This document shows, piece by piece, positions 63,701-64,000 of a DNA stretch of 64,000 nucleotides (position 1 is the stretch's first letter; every line of letters begins with the position of its first letter). This DNA comes from Schmidtea polychroa. Lineage: Eukaryota. A model generated the notes under the pieces. It was not told the DNA's origin, did no database searches, and was given only the letters and a program-made list of their open reading frames with translations. The position numbers were made by a program, and so were the translations under genes. The stretch is taken from assembly GCA_044892525.1 (NCBI GenBank), contig CM097888.1, positions 34,162,001 through 34,226,000 of the forward strand, given 5' to 3'.

Positions 63701-63850
63701 AATTTCACTGTCTTTCACTGATTCACTACTCATATCTATAGCCTCTGCTTTATAGTCAGTTAACTTATTTGAAGCCTTTGTATCTTTTTCCAAGCTCGTA
63801 TGTGTCAATTCGATTATTCCAGTTTCAGTTGCAATGTTTTCAGATTTGAT
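1..63850 (-). CDS. Internal part of one giant multi-exon gene: 54 full 972-nt exons + 1 partial, encoding tandem 324-aa acidic E/S/T/V/I-rich repeats (17,735 codons in window; family not recognised)
   Basis: Minus-strand acceptor TGTTTTCTCGTGTTTAG|ATC AAA TCT GAA and donor GAA ATA GAG|GTAAAT recur in every unit. Joining them gives in-frame ...CFSEIE|IKSENIATETGIIELTHTSLEK... No exonic stop or frameshift seen; all length variation is intronic. Confidence 0.85.
718..913 (-). other. GT-AG intron, A-type, 196 nt (representative of 8 introns: 718, 1886, 3054, 4222, 5390, 6558, 7726, 8894)
   Basis: Minus strand begins GTAAATAAAATT at 913 and ends TGTTTTCTCGTGTTTAG at 718; much more AT-rich than the exon; contains in-frame stops. 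Confidence 0.85.
914..1885 (-). CDS. Repeat exon U1 (block A)
   Basis: 972 nt, AG|ATC...GAG|GT, phase 0/0; markers AEV, W113, DELS. Confidence 0.85.
2082..3053 (-). CDS. Repeat exon U2 (block A)
   Basis: 972 nt, phase 0/0; markers ADV, RENK. Confidence 0.85.
3250..4221 (-). CDS. Repeat exon U3 (block A)
   Basis: 972 nt, phase 0/0; markers AEV, VEVDV, LINNE. Confidence 0.85.
4418..5389 (-). CDS. Repeat exon U4 (block A)
   Basis: 972 nt, phase 0/0; same protein as U2 (RENK). Confidence 0.85.
5586..6557 (-). CDS. Repeat exon U5 (block A)
   Basis: 972 nt, phase 0/0; ADV, VEVDV, LINNE. Confidence 0.85.
6754..7725 (-). CDS. Repeat exon U6 (block A)
   Basis: 972 nt, phase 0/0; VEVDV, VPLQ, LINNE. 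Confidence 0.85.
7922..8893 (-). CDS. Repeat exon U7 (block A)
   Basis: 972 nt, phase 0/0; TVVS, VGPK, DICIE, TRN. Confidence 0.85.
9090..10061 (-). CDS. Repeat exon U8 (block A)
   Basis: 972 nt, phase 0/0; ADV, THN. Confidence 0.85.
10062..10267 (-). other. GT-AG intron, unique 206-nt B-type variant with 13-bp direct repeat
   Basis: Same splice signals; taaacgataattt at 10108-10120 and 10124-10136. Confidence 0.85.
10268..11239 (-). CDS. Repeat exon U9 (A/B mosaic)
   Basis: 972 nt, phase 0/0; A-type W113/ADV with TRN, flanked by B-type introns. Confidence 0.85.
11240..11437 (-). other. GT-AG intron, B-type, 198 nt (representative of 6 introns: 11240, 12410, 13580, 14750, 15920, 17090)
   Basis: Same splice signals; diagnostic aaaagtgttc, gtagatttgttt, tatca, gtgattt, tgaatc (plus strand). 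Confidence 0.85.
11438..12409 (-). CDS. Repeat exon U10 (block B)
   Basis: 972 nt, phase 0/0; VDV, KVK, EKD, CEIVD, CISIE, DKSS. Confidence 0.85.
12608..13579 (-). CDS. Repeat exon U11 (block B)
   Basis: 972 nt, phase 0/0; ADV, KLK, B markers. Confidence 0.85.
13778..14749 (-). CDS. Repeat exon U12 (block B)
   Basis: 972 nt, phase 0/0; as U10. Confidence 0.85.
14948..15919 (-). CDS. Repeat exon U13 (block B)
   Basis: 972 nt, phase 0/0; as U11. Confidence 0.85.
16118..17089 (-). CDS. Repeat exon U14 (block B)
   Basis: 972 nt, phase 0/0; VDV, KLK; N>K in the fifth exon codon (17075). Confidence 0.85.
17288..18259 (-). CDS. Repeat exon U15 (block B edge)
   Basis: 972 nt, phase 0/0; DESS, TFISS, RNVES. 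Confidence 0.85.
18260..18456 (-). other. GT-AG intron, C-type, 197 nt (representative of all introns from U15/U16 to U53/U54)
   Basis: Same splice signals; differs from A-type mainly by one extra G (gtaggaaaaaaa). Confidence 0.85.
18457..19428 (-). CDS. Repeat exon U16 (block C)
   Basis: 972 nt, phase 0/0; VEV, ETIE. Confidence 0.85.
19626..20597 (-). CDS. Repeat exon U17 (B/C chimera)
   Basis: 972 nt, phase 0/0; B-type EKD/CEIVD/CISIE with C-type QKSDE. Confidence 0.85.
20795..21766 (-). CDS. Repeat exon U18 (block C)
   Basis: 972 nt, phase 0/0; as U16. Confidence 0.85.
21964..22935 (-). CDS. Repeat exon U19 (block C)
   Basis: 972 nt, phase 0/0; VEFGV, QKSDE. Confidence 0.85.
23133..24104 (-). 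CDS. Repeat exon U20 (block C)
   Basis: 972 nt, phase 0/0; TFDF, DELS, FDL; GIIE>GIIK. Confidence 0.85.
24302..25273 (-). CDS. Repeat exon U21 (block C)
   Basis: 972 nt, phase 0/0; IEIG, VNV, FDL, QKS; GIIE>GIIK. Confidence 0.85.
25471..26442 (-). CDS. Repeat exon U22 (block C)
   Basis: 972 nt, phase 0/0; VDV, QKP. Confidence 0.85.
26640..27611 (-). CDS. Repeat exon U23 (block C)
   Basis: 972 nt, phase 0/0; VEV, DNES, QKP. Confidence 0.85.
27809..28780 (-). CDS. Repeat exon U24 (block C)
   Basis: 972 nt, phase 0/0; VDV, DNES, VNV, FDL, QKS. Confidence 0.85.
28978..29949 (-). CDS. Repeat exon U25 (block C)
   Basis: 972 nt, phase 0/0; as U23. Confidence 0.85.
30147..31118 (-). CDS. Repeat exon U26 (block C)
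   Basis: 972 nt, phase 0/0; FGCS, IEIG. Confidence 0.85.
31316..32287 (-). CDS. Repeat exon U27 (block C)
   Basis: 972 nt, phase 0/0; KDN, VNV, QKS, QFK, SGHE, SAIE. Confidence 0.85.
32485..33456 (-). CDS. Repeat exon U28 (block C)
   Basis: 972 nt, phase 0/0; KDN, VNV, QKP. Confidence 0.85.
33654..34625 (-). CDS. Repeat exon U29 (block C)
   Basis: 972 nt, phase 0/0; IEIG, VNV, QKS, HENE. Confidence 0.85.
34823..35794 (-). CDS. Repeat exon U30 (block C)
   Basis: 972 nt, phase 0/0; KDN, VNV, QKS, SGHE. Confidence 0.85.
35992..36963 (-). CDS. Repeat exon U31 (block C)
   Basis: 972 nt, phase 0/0; VDV, VNV, QKS, HENE. Confidence 0.85.
37161..38132 (-). CDS. Repeat exon U32 (block C)
   Basis: 972 nt, phase 0/0; KDN, VNV, QKP. 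Confidence 0.85.
38330..39301 (-). CDS. Repeat exon U33 (block C)
   Basis: 972 nt, phase 0/0; as U31. Confidence 0.85.
39499..40470 (-). CDS. Repeat exon U34 (block C)
   Basis: 972 nt, phase 0/0; VEV, VKV, QKP. Confidence 0.85.
40668..41639 (-). CDS. Repeat exon U35 (block C)
   Basis: 972 nt, phase 0/0; KDN, IEIG, TSK. Confidence 0.85.
41837..42808 (-). CDS. Repeat exon U36 (block C)
   Basis: 972 nt, phase 0/0; TSK, YCPV. Confidence 0.85.
43006..43977 (-). CDS. Repeat exon U37 (block C)
   Basis: 972 nt, phase 0/0; KDN, QKP. Confidence 0.85.
44175..45146 (-). CDS. Repeat exon U38 (block C)
   Basis: 972 nt, phase 0/0; as U36. Confidence 0.85.
45344..46315 (-). CDS. Repeat exon U39 (block C)
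   Basis: 972 nt, phase 0/0; VDV, QKP. Confidence 0.85.
46513..47484 (-). CDS. Repeat exon U40 (block C)
   Basis: 972 nt, phase 0/0; GKCQ, VNV, QKS, SGHE. Confidence 0.85.
47682..48653 (-). CDS. Repeat exon U41 (block C)
   Basis: 972 nt, phase 0/0; as U24. Confidence 0.85.
48851..49822 (-). CDS. Repeat exon U42 (block C)
   Basis: 972 nt, phase 0/0; KDN, QKP. Confidence 0.85.
50020..50991 (-). CDS. Repeat exon U43 (block C)
   Basis: 972 nt, phase 0/0; IEIG, TSK, YCPV. Confidence 0.85.
51189..52160 (-). CDS. Repeat exon U44 (block C)
   Basis: 972 nt, phase 0/0; VNV, QKS, ISRE, SGHE. Confidence 0.85.
52358..53329 (-). CDS. Repeat exon U45 (block C)
   Basis: 972 nt, phase 0/0; as U24/U41. 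Confidence 0.85.
53527..54498 (-). CDS. Repeat exon U46 (block C)
   Basis: 972 nt, phase 0/0; VEV, VKV, QKP. Confidence 0.85.
54696..55667 (-). CDS. Repeat exon U47 (block C)
   Basis: 972 nt, phase 0/0; as U45. Confidence 0.85.
55865..56836 (-). CDS. Repeat exon U48 (block C)
   Basis: 972 nt, phase 0/0; as U46. Confidence 0.85.
57034..58005 (-). CDS. Repeat exon U49 (block C)
   Basis: 972 nt, phase 0/0; as U45. Confidence 0.85.
58203..59174 (-). CDS. Repeat exon U50 (block C)
   Basis: 972 nt, phase 0/0; VDV, IEIG, QKP. Confidence 0.85.
59372..60343 (-). CDS. Repeat exon U51 (block C)
   Basis: 972 nt, phase 0/0; KDN, VNV, FEL, QKS, SGHE. Confidence 0.85.
60541..61512 (-). CDS. Repeat exon U52 (block C)
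   Basis: 972 nt, phase 0/0; KDN, QKP. Confidence 0.85.
61710..62681 (-). CDS. Repeat exon U53 (block C)
   Basis: 972 nt, phase 0/0; as U52. Confidence 0.85.
62879..63850 (-). CDS. Repeat exon U54 (block C)
   Basis: 972 nt, phase 0/0; VDV, VNV, QKS, HENE. Confidence 0.85.
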
Positions 63851-64000
63851 CTAAACACAAGAAAACATTTCTTAAAAATGTCCAAAATGTTTTGTAGTTT
63901 TTTTAAACGATAATTTATTATTATAAATGTAATTAAAAGAAATGAATAAAAAATATGTGTAATGAAAATTTAATAAATATCATGATAAATGTATCAAACA
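63851..64000 (-). other. Partial intron upstream of U54 (runs off window end)
   Basis: Acceptor AG at 63852-63851; C-type with a private 1-bp deletion (ttataaatgt vs ttataaaatgt near 63925). Confidence 0.8.

Larger units (their letters stand above)
1..64000. repeat. Tandem array of ~54.7 copies of a 1,168-1,170-bp unit (exon + intron)
   Basis: ORF starts recur at 1843, 3011, 4179 ... 63808 with steps of 1168 (U1-U8), 1178 (once), 1170 (U9-U15) and 1169 (U15-U54). Units are near-identical, with no non-repeat sequence seen in the window. Confidence 0.99.
18260..64000. repeat. Sub-family block C (1169-bp period, U16-U54)
   Basis: L113, V37, R290, 197-nt introns. Confidence 0.9.

Noticed and set aside
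848-63808. 54 independent 331-390-aa genes as listed in the ORF track
   Set aside because: The 'M' is a TTG inside an open frame that extends 14 codons further to an AG acceptor. ORF ends vary (331/347/368/375/390) only because of intronic indels and substitutions, and the tails are F/I/N/K-rich translations of AT-rich intron.
1-64000. CRISPR array, transposon array, or rDNA/histone/snRNA/spliced-leader tandem cluster
   Set aside because: No unique spacers, no terminal repeats or transposase/RT motifs, and no recognisable structural RNA or histone sequence.
1-64000. Whole array is an assembly artefact
   Set aside because: Units carry structured, linked, position-dependent variants and three period lengths, which read duplication would not create. 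Exact copy numbers in the identical stretches (U45-U50, U52-U53) remain uncertain.

Overview
The whole window is one head-to-tail tandem array of a ~1,169-bp unit (54 complete copies plus partial ones at both ends; AT-rich; spliceosomal introns indicate a eukaryote). The ORF track suggests 54 separate ~340-aa genes, but the unit reads better as one exon plus one intron of a single giant minus-strand gene. Each unit has a 972-nt, stop-free exon (324 codons, TTTAG|ATC...GAG|GTAAAT, phase 0 at both ends) and a 196-198-nt GT-AG intron (one of 206 nt). The track's 'M' start is a TTG (Leu) lying 14 codons inside the exon, and its hydrophobic C-tails are intron read-through. Spliced, the window encodes 17,735 uninterrupted codons (54 x 324 + 239) of a very acidic repeat (about 60 E + 17 D vs about 25 K/R per unit; 9 Cys; only 3-4 Pro). 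No start or stop lies in the window, so the protein would be titin-scale (about 2 MDa or more). I do not recognise the family. Every length change I found is intronic. The array has three sub-family blocks (1168/1170/1169-bp periods), dimer and 4-mer higher-order repeats, chimeric exons and dispersed shared haplotypes. Units are labelled U0 (partial, 1..717) to U54 from low to high coordinate; transcription would run U54 to U0. Residue numbers follow the ORF track (TTG = 1). Expression and splicing are inferred from sequence only.
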